In this document: in pieces, positions 29,232-37,993 of the stretch
Layout: each line of letters starts with the position of its first letter
Numbering within the stretch: position 1 is the first letter of the stretch
Source: Myxococcales bacterium
Lineage (GTDB): Bacteria > Myxococcota_A > Polyangia > Polyangiales > DASUME01
DNA length: 64,000 nt
Direction of reading: 5' to 3'
Assembly (NCBI GenBank): GCA_047601445.1
Contig: JASGJH010000001.1
Coordinates: 5,856,001-5,920,000 of the forward strand
Position numbers and translations under genes: made by a program
Notes under the pieces: generated by a model
What the model was told of the DNA's origin: nothing
Databases searched by the model: none
The model's input: the letters and a program-made list of their open reading frames with translations, nothing else

Positions 29232-29306
29232 CCGCCAAGCCTATCACCGCGCGGGCGCGCCATCCGCCGGGTCAGCAGCGTGTGAAAACGCGAATTCTCC
29301 TGTCGG

Positions 29307-29322
29307 CTGAACCTAGGTTAAG
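29307..29322. promoter_or_regulatory. Near-perfect palindrome CTGAACCTAGGTTAAG, candidate site for the neighbouring Crp/Fnr regulator
   Basis: Inverted repeat with 1 mismatch, about 35 bp upstream of the 29356 CDS. Confidence 0.45.
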
Positions 29323-29355
29323 GCAGCGCGTTTCGGTCAGCGGCAGGCTCGCAGC

Positions 29356-30060
29356 ATGACCCACCACCAAGACAAGACCCTGGCCCGGGCAGCGGCCCAA
29401 ATGGCCTTCGCTGCGGGCTCCCTGCTCGCTCTCCTGTGCAGCATCGTGCTGGCGACCGGCGTCTCCCAGCAGACCTTCGAGCGCTTCATGCCGCCCGCGA
29501 GTTACGCGAGCGCCCTGCTCGAGCAGGCATCCGCGCTACGCCTCATCGTCGCCATCGACGACGTGTTCGTGGTGACCTACGTGGCGGCCACGCTCCTCCT
29601 GTGCGCCTCCCTCGCGGGCCGAGCGTCGCGGGTCTTGCTCCAGGTGGTGCTTACGGCGGCGCTGCTCGGGGGCGTGCTGGACCTGATCGAGAACCACCAC
29701 ATCCTCGCGATGCTGCGAGCCGCCGAGTTCGGGGCAGAGCCCAGCGTGGGACAAATCGAGGCCCAAGTCGCTGCGAGCTCGCTCAAGTGGATGCTCGGCC
29801 ATGCGGCCTTCGCCTTGCTCGCCTTCGCGCTGGAGCTGCCGGCCAAGCTGGCCGCGGCGGTGCGCGCGAGTCTGCTCGGGTTTCAGCTCCCCCTGGGCGC
29901 AGCCACCCTGGTGGTGACACAGGAGGGCTGGCTCAGCTTGCTCTCGTGGGCCCGCTACGGCAGCTTGCTCAGTGGGTTCTTCGCGATTTCCTGGCTCATG
30001 GGCGGCGCTTCTCGGCCGCCTTCCGCCTACGACGCAGTCGGCTCAAGTGCACCGGCGTGA
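29356..30060 (+). CDS. Hypothetical multi-pass membrane protein
   Basis: About 6 hydrophobic helices; LDLIENHH motif; GC3 bias. Confidence 0.75.
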   Translation: MTHHQDKTLARAAAQMAFAAGSLLALLCSIVLATGVSQQTFERFMPPASYASALLEQASALRLIVAIDDVFVVTYVAATLLLCASLAGRASRVLLQVVLTAALLGGVLDLIENHHILAMLRAAEFGAEPSVGQIEAQVAASSLKWMLGHAAFALLAFALELPAKLAAAVRASLLGFQLPLGAATLVVTQEGWLSLLSWARYGSLLSGFFAISWLMGGASRPPSAYDAVGSSAPA

Positions 30061-30613
30061 CACCGAGATACGAGGCAATGTGGCGCGCCTGGACCCGGGT
30101 CTCGATGTCGGGCTGCTGCTCGAGCAGCGTCGCGTAGCGTGCCTGGGCGTCGAGGGCCAAGAGCTCGTACTCACGGCGCGCCTTGCGCAGGTAGAGCTGC
30201 TGCGTGAGGATGCGGAACACGTTGTCCCAATTGCGCATGCGCCGCGCTAGCTCGGACAGATCGTCGAAGCGCATCACGAGCAGCCGCGCTTCTTCGTCGG
30301 CCACGATGTTCGAGGTCGATGGGCTCTTGGAGAGCAAGTCCGCCATGGAACCGGTGAGACCAGGAGCGAACACGAACGCCTTCACGCGCTCGGTTCCATC
30401 GGCCAGACCGTAGTACTCGCGCACGGACCCATTCGTGACCAGGGCGGCGTACTCGGCCTGCTCGCCCGCTCGCAAGAAGTGCTCGCCGGCGCCCAGTTTG
30501 CGCACGCTCAACAGCGGCGCGACGGCGTTGAGGTCGTCTTTGGTGAGCGTGCCGAGCTTGCTCATGTACCGCATGAAAGCGGCCAAATCGGAGGCGAGCG
30601 GTCGGGTGCTCAT
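29996..30613 (-). CDS. Crp/Fnr family transcriptional regulator
   Basis: cNMP-binding fold (GEHFLRAGE, GSVREYY) and HTH HIASYLGVTPVHLSRLR. Confidence 0.92.
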   Translation of the reverse strand: MSTRPLASDLAAFMRYMSKLGTLTKDDLNAVAPLLSVRKLGAGEHFLRAGEQAEYAALVTNGSVREYYGLADGTERVKAFVFAPGLTGSMADLLSKSPSTSNIVADEEARLLVMRFDDLSELARRMRNWDNVFRILTQQLYLRKARREYELLALDAQARYATLLEQQPDIETRVQARHIASYLGVTPVHLSRLRRRRKAAEKRRP

Positions 30614-30663
30614 GGTCCGTTAGGATGTACTCCTCGGCGCGGGCTAGGGCTAGGGGCCCCTGT

Positions 30664-31152
30664 TCAGAACGTAGCGCGCAAGCTCACGCTGCCATGCTGG
30701 AACGCTTGGCCGAGCTGCAGCTGCGGGAACACGGCGATCTGCTGCCGCGCCCGGTGAATTCTCTTGCTGCGCCGGATTCCGTGACCCAACAGGAAGCCTC
30801 CGAGCCCGGCCGCGGCAATGCCAGTCATGTAGCCGCCGAAGACCAGCACGGCCGCGCCCGCAGAAGCGTCGCTCCCGCCAGACAGTGCAAGCGTGGCGAA
30901 CGTGAAGAGTGCGGGCGCGGCGGTTAGCAGGACGCTGCCCAACACCATCTCGGCACGCGGACCTTCCAGTGATTGGGCTGCCCGTGCACTCGTATCGGTG
31001 ACGCGGATCGAGACCTTCGTGACGGGCGCTGGCTTGGGTGCGGGCTGTGGCTCGAGCTGACTCTGGGCTTGGGCGCGCGGCGTGAGTAGCGCCGAGCCGA
31101 GCAGCGCTGCGGTGACGACCGCGAGAAATCCCGCGAGGCGGAGGAACGACAT
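30664..31152 (-). CDS. Exported hypothetical protein, paralog 1 (signal, two hydrophobic helices, C-terminal ...VSLRATF)
   Basis: Signal peptide ending AQA; paralogous to 31202-31687. Confidence 0.8.
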   Translation of the reverse strand: MSFLRLAGFLAVVTAALLGSALLTPRAQAQSQLEPQPAPKPAPVTKVSIRVTDTSARAAQSLEGPRAEMVLGSVLLTAAPALFTFATLALSGGSDASAGAAVLVFGGYMTGIAAAGLGGFLLGHGIRRSKRIHRARQQIAVFPQLQLGQAFQHGSVSLRATF

Positions 31153-31279
31153 GGGCAGACTTTCCTTTGGCGATGGGTGAGCGACCGCTCCAATACCTAG
31201 CTCAGAACGTAGCGCGCAAGCTCACGCTGCCATGCTGGAACGCTTGGCCGAGCTGCAGCTGCGGGAACACGGCGATCTG
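30664..31279. repeat. 78-bp exact direct repeat (30664-30741 = 31202-31279), with degenerate similarity beyond
   Basis: Direct comparison; the 5' leader regions near 31150-31183 and 31685-31717 are also similar. Confidence 0.9.
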
Positions 31280-31687
31280 TTGCCGGGCACGATGAATTTT
31301 CATGCTGCGTCGGATTCCGTGGCCCAACAAGCAGCCGCCGAGTGCAGCCGTGACGACACTGCCGAACACGCCCAGGCCGAAAGCCTTCTGGGCACCTTCG
31401 GATGCGCCGTACGTGAAGCTGGACGCTGCGAGCAAAGAGAGGCCGATCAGCGCGGGCGTGGCGGTGAGCAGGATGGAACCCGTCACCATCTCGATGCGCG
31501 GCACCGCCAAGGATTGCGTTCCCAACATGTTCGCCTCCGCGGTGGAGAGCGGTGGGATGGTCGTAACCCTGGGCGTTGGTGGTGGTATGAGCTGTTGTTG
31601 CGCTTCGGCGTGCGACGTGAGCAGGGGCGAGCCGAGCAGCGCGCCCGTGACGACCGCGAGAAACGCCATCAGGCGGACAAACGGCAT
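31202..31687 (-). CDS. Exported hypothetical protein, paralog 2
   Basis: ATG 31687 (MPFVRLMAFLAVV) aligns with the paralog 1 start; identical last 31 aa. Confidence 0.8.
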   Translation of the reverse strand: MPFVRLMAFLAVVTGALLGSPLLTSHAEAQQQLIPPPTPRVTTIPPLSTAEANMLGTQSLAVPRIEMVTGSILLTATPALIGLSLLAASSFTYGASEGAQKAFGLGVFGSVVTAALGGCLLGHGIRRSMKIHRARQQIAVFPQLQLGQAFQHGSVSLRATF

Positions 31688-31860
31688 GGGCAGAGTTCCT
31701 TGGCGATGGGTGAGGCGCGCCGACCGCGACGTCGACCGGGCGCTCTCCCCAGTAACGCTCCGAGAGGCATCGAGTCGCAAGGGGGCTCACCCCACGGCAG
31801 GGCGTGCCCTGGATTTCGAGAACGAAAAACCGAAAGGATTCTCGAGGAGACGATCTTAAA

Positions 31861-31879
31861 GAAATTGACTTTCAATTTC
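31861..31879. promoter_or_regulatory. Palindrome GAAATTGA-CTT-TCAATTTC, putative Zur/Fur box
   Basis: Perfect 8-bp arms, 19 bp total, ending 22 bp before the rpsD paralog ATG and overlapping a TTGACT -35-like hexamer. Confidence 0.65.
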
Positions 31880-31901
31880 GTCAATGCCAAAAGAGCTCGT
31901 C

Positions 31902-32513
31902 ATGAGCCGCTACACCGGTCCCCGTCTGAAGATCATGCGTGCCCTCGGCACCGACCTGCCCGGCCTCTCACCCAAGCTCAGCGAGCGTCGGCCGTACCCG
32001 CCTGGCCAGCACGGGCAGCGGCGCCGCAAGGAGACGGAGTTCGGCAAGCGCCTCAAGGAGAAGCAGAAGCTGCGCATGAACTACGGCGTGTCCGAGCGTC
32101 AGATGCGCATCGTGTTCAAGCAGGCGTCCCGCAGCAAGCTCAACACGGGCACCAAGCTCGTGGAGCTGCTCGAGCGCCGTCTGGACAACGTGGTGTTCCG
32201 CGCGGGTTTCGCGGCTTCCATCCCGGCCGCGCGCCAGCTCGTGAATCACGGGCACCTGCGTGTGAACGGCCGCCGCGTGGACATCGCGTCCTACCGCGTG
32301 AAGGTCGGCGACGTGATCGCGGTGCAACCCAAGTCGAAGGACCTGGCGTGCGTGCTGAGCTCGCTCGAGGCCAAGCGCGGCTGGGACACCAGCTGGCTCA
32401 CGCCCAACAAAGAGGAGCGCAGCGTCATCGTGAACGCCCTGCCCGACGAGAGTGCGGTGTTGTTCCCGCTCGAAGTGCAGTTGGTGATCGAGTTCTACGC
32501 GCAGGGCAGCTGA
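31902..32513 (+). CDS. rpsD: 30S ribosomal protein S4, stand-alone paralog lacking the Zn-binding Cys motif
   Basis: MSRYTGPR, PPGQHG, LKEKQKLR, LERRLDNVVFRAGF, ARQLVNHGH; not in the rpsM-rpsK-rpsD-rpoA operon. Confidence 0.96.
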   Translation: MSRYTGPRLKIMRALGTDLPGLSPKLSERRPYPPGQHGQRRRKETEFGKRLKEKQKLRMNYGVSERQMRIVFKQASRSKLNTGTKLVELLERRLDNVVFRAGFAASIPAARQLVNHGHLRVNGRRVDIASYRVKVGDVIAVQPKSKDLACVLSSLEAKRGWDTSWLTPNKEERSVIVNALPDESAVLFPLEVQLVIEFYAQGS

Positions 32514-32554
32514 CGACCGGCCGAGCCCAACACTCCGCTGGCATCGACCTAGCT

Positions 32555-32671
32555 CCCCCTGTGTGTAACAGGGGGACGGTTCTCGGTTTCTCGGTTTCGC
32601 GGAGGTGAAGCCGAGAACCGAGAACCGTCTTCTCTTGCAGCTGCGAAACCGAGAAGCCGAAAACCGTCCCC
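32555..32671. repeat. REP-like nested inverted-repeat element (GGGGACGGTT...AACCGTCCCC)
   Basis: Arms 32572-32600 and 32643-32671 (27/29 complementary), internal third arm 32611-32629, extra hairpin 32555-32575. Confidence 0.75.
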
Positions 32672-32743
32672 CTGCGTGCGTGCCGAAGGTCTTGTCGCGG
32701 CGCGCGGAGTCGCGCATGCTGCGCGGGCGGAGCTCGAAGACAG

Positions 32744-33376
32744 GTGAAGTCGCAACGCAGTGGTGCATCGCTTACGCAGCAAGCGATGGCGAATCGGATC
32801 TTGGAAGCGGCCTCACGCGCCTTTGGTCGGCTCGGGTATGCCGCGGTGCGCGTGGAGGACATCCTGCTCGAGGCCGAGATCTCGCGGCCCACGTTCTACA
32901 AGGCGTTCCGCACCAAGGAAGGGGTGTTCCAGGCGCTCTCGGAGCGTCATCATCTCGAGATCCGCGAGCGCATCCGCGCGGTGAGCCTGGAGTCGCTCGA
33001 GCCGCTACAAATGCTGGCCCGCATGGTGGACACCTTCTTGACCTGGCGCGCTGGTCTCGGGCCGGTCGGGCGCGTGCTCGACGTGGAAGCTCGCACCCCG
33101 GGCAGCTGCATCGCGGGGGATCGCAAGAAGACCCTGCAAGAGATGACCTCGCTGCTCAACCAGCAGCTCACGGCGAGCGGACGCCGGGCCGTGGATCCCA
33201 CCTTTCTGGTGGCCTTGATCGCGGCGCTGGAGAGCCTGGCCGACTCGTTGCTCTCCGGTAAAAAGCGCATCGATTCCGCGGCCATGAATCGCGCGCGGGC
33301 CATCGCGCTGCGGCTGGTGAGCGGCGCTCTGGCAAACCCCGGCGAGGCCCTGCCGCCGCTGCCCGAGCCGCCCTGA
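32744..33376 (+). CDS. TetR/AcrR family regulator
   Basis: RILEAASRAFGRLGY...VEDILLEAEISRPTFYKAF. Confidence 0.9.
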   Translation: MKSQRSGASLTQQAMANRILEAASRAFGRLGYAAVRVEDILLEAEISRPTFYKAFRTKEGVFQALSERHHLEIRERIRAVSLESLEPLQMLARMVDTFLTWRAGLGPVGRVLDVEARTPGSCIAGDRKKTLQEMTSLLNQQLTASGRRAVDPTFLVALIAALESLADSLLSGKKRIDSAAMNRARAIALRLVSGALANPGEALPPLPEPP

Positions 33377-33390
33377 GACGGCAACGCGTG

Positions 33391-33430
33391 GTTGACACGC
33401 GTGTTAGCTTAACTAAACATGCGTGTTAGC
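33391..33430. promoter_or_regulatory. Tandem palindromic operators GTTGACACGCGTGTTAGC / CTAAACATGCGTGTTAGC
   Basis: Two related palindromes overlapping a TTGACA hexamer upstream of the MBL gene. Confidence 0.65.
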
Positions 33431-33446
33431 TACGGAGGAAACTCGC

Positions 33447-34586
33447 ATGAACCCGCTTCAGCTCTCGTCTCCCGTCGACGCCCGCCTGCCCTGGGTGCGC
33501 ACCGTCGGCGCCCTCGAGTCGGCGCGCGCCGTCTCGTCTCCCGCCGCGCGGCAGCGCGCGCTCGAGCAGGCAGGTCGCAAGTTGGGTGATGCCCTGCGCA
33601 GCGGCTCACGCGTTGTCGCCGTGCGCACGCTGCCCACCACCAAGGCCCCCTATCCCACGCGCTTCGCCTTCAACGGCACCGTGCACGAGCTGTTCTCGGG
33701 TGGCCTCCTGCTCATGAGCAACCGCTCGCTCCTCGTGCAGCTCGAGACCAGCGAGGGGCTCAAGAACGTGCTCTTCAACCCGACCGACGGCCCCACCAAC
33801 CAGGCCACACCCTTCTATCAGCGCTTGATCGAGCGCACCCCCGGCTTCATCGCGAGCATGCTGATGCCACCGCCCAATCGCTGCGCCGAGCAGCTCGCGG
33901 CGCTCGGGCTCGGCTGCGAGGACGTCGACGTCATCGCGTTCGATCACTTCCACACCCAGGATTTGCGACCCTTGCTGGGAGGAGGCGGCTTCACGGCGCG
34001 CTTCCCCAATGCCTACCTGCTCGCGCCGAAGGTGGAGTGGGAGGACTGGGATGACCTGCCCATGCTGCAGCGGGCTTGGTTCGTGGCCGACGGCAAGCGC
34101 GGGGTGCCCATGGAGCGCGTCGTCCTGTTCGATGCAGACTTGCACCTGGGCGAGGGCTGCGTGCTGTTGCGCACGCCGGGCCACACGCGCGGCAATCAGA
34201 CGCTCTTCGTCTACGGGGAGCAGGGCATCTTCGGCAGCTCCGAGAACGGCACCAGCGCCGACAACTGGTCCCCGCGTGCATCGCGCATGCCGGGCATGCG
34301 GCGCGCGGCCGAGCACCTGGATCTGGACGTAGTCATCAACAGCAACACGCCCGAGCTCACCGTGGAGCAGCAGATCTCCATGATGCTCGAGCGCTCCGTG
34401 GTGGATCGCGTGCGGGAGAATCCCGACTTCTTCCAGATGCTGCCCTCCAGTGAGGTCACCTGGAGTCCGCTCGCGCCTCACGTGCGCCCCACGCACTGGT
34501 TCGGCGAGCTGAAGAGCGGCGAGGTGCGGCCGAGGCGCGCGCTCGAGCGGCGCCAGGGAGCGAACAGGAAAGAGGTACGCCCGTGA
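33447..34586 (+). CDS. Metallo-beta-lactamase-fold protein
   Basis: GGAGG RBS; degenerate motif DHFHTQD, RFPNA, TPGHTRGN. Confidence 0.8.
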   Translation: MNPLQLSSPVDARLPWVRTVGALESARAVSSPAARQRALEQAGRKLGDALRSGSRVVAVRTLPTTKAPYPTRFAFNGTVHELFSGGLLLMSNRSLLVQLETSEGLKNVLFNPTDGPTNQATPFYQRLIERTPGFIASMLMPPPNRCAEQLAALGLGCEDVDVIAFDHFHTQDLRPLLGGGGFTARFPNAYLLAPKVEWEDWDDLPMLQRAWFVADGKRGVPMERVVLFDADLHLGEGCVLLRTPGHTRGNQTLFVYGEQGIFGSSENGTSADNWSPRASRMPGMRRAAEHLDLDVVINSNTPELTVEQQISMMLERSVVDRVRENPDFFQMLPSSEVTWSPLAPHVRPTHWFGELKSGEVRPRRALERRQGANRKEVRP

Positions 34587-35425
34587 GTCCCAGCGACACG
34601 CCCGTATCCATGCTGAGCGGCGCCGCCAGCGGCATCGGTCGGCACATGGCCGAAGTGCTGGCGCGGCAGGGGCATCGCCTGGTGCTACTCGACATCGACC
34701 AGGCAGGGCTCACGGGTGTGGCCGAGCAGCTGGGCCTCTCCGCCGAGCGCGCCCTCGTGCGGCGGCTCGACGTGCGGGACGCGGCGGGTTGGCAGGCTGT
34801 CGTAGAGGAGTGCGTGGAGCGCTTCGGACGGCTCGACACCATGCTCAACATCGCGGGCTTCTTGCGGCCGGGCAACCTGGTCGACGTGAGCGCCGAGCTG
34901 CTGTCGCAGCATATCGACGTGAACACCAAGGGCGCCATGATCGCAACCTGGGCGGGCGCGCGACAGATGGTGAAGCAGGGGAGCGGGCAGATCATCAACG
35001 TGGCCAGCATCGCGGCGCTCTCCCACGTTCCGGGCCTCGCAGCCTACGCGGCCTCCAAGCATGCGGTGCGGGGGTTCTCGCTGTCGGTGGCCCACGAGCT
35101 ACGTCCGCGCGGGGTGTTCGTGTCGGTGCTGTGCCCGGACGCGGTGGAGACGCCGATGCTGACGCTGCAGGAGGACTACGCGGAGGCGCGCATGACCTTC
35201 GGGGCGCGTCGTGCGCTGAGTGTGGGAGAAGTGGAAGCGGCCATTCTGCGGATCATGCGCACGCATGAGCTCGAGGTGGTGCTCGACGTGCCCCTTAGCG
35301 GGCGTGCCCAGGCGGCCAAGTTGGCCAACATGTTCCCGCGCCTCACGCGGATGGCGCACCGCTTCATCAGTGCTCGCGGTGGCGCGGTGCAGCGAGCCCG
35401 GCTGGACGCAAAGGCCCGCGCCTGA
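34583..35425 (+). CDS. Short-chain dehydrogenase/reductase
   Basis: SGAASGIG, NIAG, YAASK; overlaps upstream stop. Confidence 0.93.
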   Translation: MSPSDTPVSMLSGAASGIGRHMAEVLARQGHRLVLLDIDQAGLTGVAEQLGLSAERALVRRLDVRDAAGWQAVVEECVERFGRLDTMLNIAGFLRPGNLVDVSAELLSQHIDVNTKGAMIATWAGARQMVKQGSGQIINVASIAALSHVPGLAAYAASKHAVRGFSLSVAHELRPRGVFVSVLCPDAVETPMLTLQEDYAEARMTFGARRALSVGEVEAAILRIMRTHELEVVLDVPLSGRAQAAKLANMFPRLTRMAHRFISARGGAVQRARLDAKARA

Positions 35426-35544
35426 GCGCATGCGCGTGGCGTCGCCCAGCTACGCCTGTGAACGAAAGGCACGCTCCGTGAGCCCGGGGCGCACAAAAGT
35501 GGGGTGCGGCGCCCGCTTTGGGGGGACAAATCACGCTTCTCGGC

Positions 35545-35560
35545 TGGCACGGACAGTGCT
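35545..35560 (+). promoter_or_regulatory. Putative sigma54 (-24/-12) promoter TGGCACGGACAGTGCT
   Basis: TGGCAC-N5-(G)TGCT with correct GG-N10-GC spacing just upstream of the 35573 CDS. Confidence 0.55.
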
Positions 35561-35572
35561 CACCGAGTCGTC

Positions 35573-36556
35573 ATGCCCTTCCTTCGGATGTGGCGAGTCG
35601 GCCTGCGCCGGCTCGCGGCGCTGACGTGCGTCCTCTTGCTGAGCGGACTGGCCGCCCCGCGTGCGCGCGCGGACGCGTTGCGGCGCCTGGATCGCGAGAT
35701 GGACGGTCATCGCGACAGGGATGAGCACGATGATGACGATGACGACGACGGGGGGAGCCACTGGACCTTCAACGTTAACCGGACTTCTGGATCGAGCGGC
35801 TCCAGCTACGACGATGATGACGACTCCAGCGGCGGCACCGATTCGCCCTTCGGCCGCGCGATCGCCATGATGATCCTGTTCCCTTGGAGCGCTCCCCATC
35901 TCGGGCTCGAGAGCCCGCCTCTGCCGGGATACGCGGAACCCAGCGTGCACAACAGCTGCATGAGCAGCTACGCCGCAGTGCCTTATCAACAAGGGCGTGG
36001 CTTGCTGCGCAATGCGTGCGACGAGTCCACGCTGGGCGAGAAGCGTTCGGTGTTGATGGTCTCGGGCGAGTCGGGCTTCATGCTGCAGAACGTGGTGCCT
36101 GCGTCCTTCGGAGTGCGCCTCCTGTTACCCAAGCGCTTCGAGCTCAGTGGACGTGTGGACATCCTCAAGGACCTGGCGCGTGCGGCGGATCAAGCGGTGA
36201 TGGCCACCGCCCACTTGAACTATCGCTTCGCCCAGTCGCAGTACGTGGACTTTCGCACGGGCGTGGGACCGCGCCTGTTCAAGCTCGACGAACTGCGCCT
36301 CGGGGCCGACCTTCTGTATGCTTTCGACGTCTACGGCAAGCGCCCGATCGTGTTCCGTGCGGAGCTGCACGCGGGCTTCATGCACCGAAATGGCTCCGAT
36401 AAACCAGCGGTCTTCGGGCAGGCGCGCGCCACGATCGGCTACATGTTCGATCGGGTCGAGGTCTACGCAGGCTATGACCACTTGAAGATGGCCGACCCGT
36501 ACGGACCGGGCATGCCCCTGGGTGGGCCCATCGCCGGCCTTCGCGGCTGGTTTTGA
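35573..36556 (+). CDS. Exported protein with poly-Asp linker and probable C-terminal beta-barrel
   Basis: Signal ending ARA, acidic D-runs, alternating beta-strands, terminal aromatic GLRGWF; start may be ATG 35588. Confidence 0.72.
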   Translation: MPFLRMWRVGLRRLAALTCVLLLSGLAAPRARADALRRLDREMDGHRDRDEHDDDDDDDGGSHWTFNVNRTSGSSGSSYDDDDDSSGGTDSPFGRAIAMMILFPWSAPHLGLESPPLPGYAEPSVHNSCMSSYAAVPYQQGRGLLRNACDESTLGEKRSVLMVSGESGFMLQNVVPASFGVRLLLPKRFELSGRVDILKDLARAADQAVMATAHLNYRFAQSQYVDFRTGVGPRLFKLDELRLGADLLYAFDVYGKRPIVFRAELHAGFMHRNGSDKPAVFGQARATIGYMFDRVEVYAGYDHLKMADPYGPGMPLGGPIAGLRGWF

Positions 36557-36636
36557 AGCGCACGCGCCGGGCTCGTGGCGAGCGAGCCCCGGCTGCGTCG
36601 ATGTAGAGGGCGCGAGGTCGAGCGTTGCTTCGGGGC

Positions 36637-37740
36637 TCAGCCGGCGTCGGCGCCGGACTGGGTCTTGGGGTAGCAGACCTTGCCGGCGCTGTTGCCGCCG
36701 AGCGGGTGCTTGGTGCACGCGTAGCCGCTGCGGCAATCGGTGGCCTCGCTGCACCCCTTGAAGCAGCTGGATCCGCCGATGCACACGCCGTCCGCGCCGC
36801 AGTCGCTGTTGGCGGTGCAGCGTCCCACGCAGTAGCCACCGGGGTACTTCTCACCGGAGAAGCCCATTTCGCGGCAGGTACCCGAGCCGCAATCGGTCTC
36901 CTCGGTCTCGGGCGTGCAGGCCTTGCCCACCACCCCGTCGGCCAAGGGATCTCCCTTGCGCACGCAGGCGCTCTTACCGTTCACGTCTCCGCAGCCCCAG
37001 CCCATGGCGTCGTTCTGACAGTCGCCGTCTTTGCTGCAGGCCTCGCGACAAGTGCCCGACGAACCGTAGATGCCGGGGATGCACACGCCGCCCGCGCCGC
37101 AATCCGCGTCGGCCGCGCACGTGCCCGTGCAGTAGCCGCCAGCCGAATTGGAAGCTTCGGCGCAGGTGCCGTCGCCACAGTCCGCGCTGGCCTTGCAGGT
37201 CTTGCCTGCTTGGTCGGCCTCGAGCTTGTCGACCGGGGGCAGCGGCTGGCACGTATCGGGTGCCTCGAACTGGGAGATGTCGATGCCTGCGTCTGCGTCG
37301 ACCTCGATGTTGGTGGTGGCGCACTCCTGGCCCTGCTCGCAGTCGCCGCTTGCCTTGCAGCCACGGCGACACTCGCCCGGACTGCCGAGCACGGAGCCGA
37401 AGCACACGCCCCCAGAGCCACACTGGTTGTTCTGCGTGCAGGCGGCGCTGCAGTAGCCGTTCGGCGCGGGGAGCGCGGCTCCGAGTCGGCCGAGGGTGCC
37501 ACCCGTCAGTTCGCTCGCGCATGACCCACCGGTGCAGGTGTCACCATCTTTTTGGCAGCTCTTGCCGGCGATGCCATCGGCCAAGTTTCCGGTCGCGAGA
37601 TCGCCGTCGCCGTCGCCAGTGGCTCCGTTCTGGTCATTGCCCTTCGGCGTGGTGTCCTCGCCGCACGCGGTTACCAGAAAGGTCAACGCGCCCATCGCCG
37701 CCACCCACGTTCGCCGTACACCTTTGCGCTGGTTCTGCAT
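36637..37740 (-). CDS. Cys-rich repeat lipoprotein (three GKxC...GGYC...CxxDxDCGxGGVC units)
   Basis: Lipobox LVTAC, GDGDGD linker, three internal Cys-rich repeats. Confidence 0.82.
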   Translation of the reverse strand: MQNQRKGVRRTWVAAMGALTFLVTACGEDTTPKGNDQNGATGDGDGDLATGNLADGIAGKSCQKDGDTCTGGSCASELTGGTLGRLGAALPAPNGYCSAACTQNNQCGSGGVCFGSVLGSPGECRRGCKASGDCEQGQECATTNIEVDADAGIDISQFEAPDTCQPLPPVDKLEADQAGKTCKASADCGDGTCAEASNSAGGYCTGTCAADADCGAGGVCIPGIYGSSGTCREACSKDGDCQNDAMGWGCGDVNGKSACVRKGDPLADGVVGKACTPETEETDCGSGTCREMGFSGEKYPGGYCVGRCTANSDCGADGVCIGGSSCFKGCSEATDCRSGYACTKHPLGGNSAGKVCYPKTQSGADAG

Positions 37741-37993
37741 GTGCTCGCCTCTCCACGTTCGAAGTCCGTCGCAGTCGCAGCGCGCGGTACGCTGCGCGCG
37801 TCGTGACGGAGTGGGCTGCACGCTAACACCAGTCGAAATCCGAGCGGCGCATTCTTTGTTATCCGATTCGATCAACGCGGCCGATCGCGCTGGAAGTTTT
37901 CAGCGCGATCGATCCTCGCGTCGCCATCGGTACGCGCGAGCCTGTCAGTCCGGTCAGTTGATGCAGCCAGGCCAGTCACGCGCGCGCTGTCGG

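Noticed and set aside
18350..31810. Short shared motif TGGGGTGAGCC near 18370 and, inverted, near 31785
   Set aside because: Only about 11 bp; too short to support a repeat family from this window
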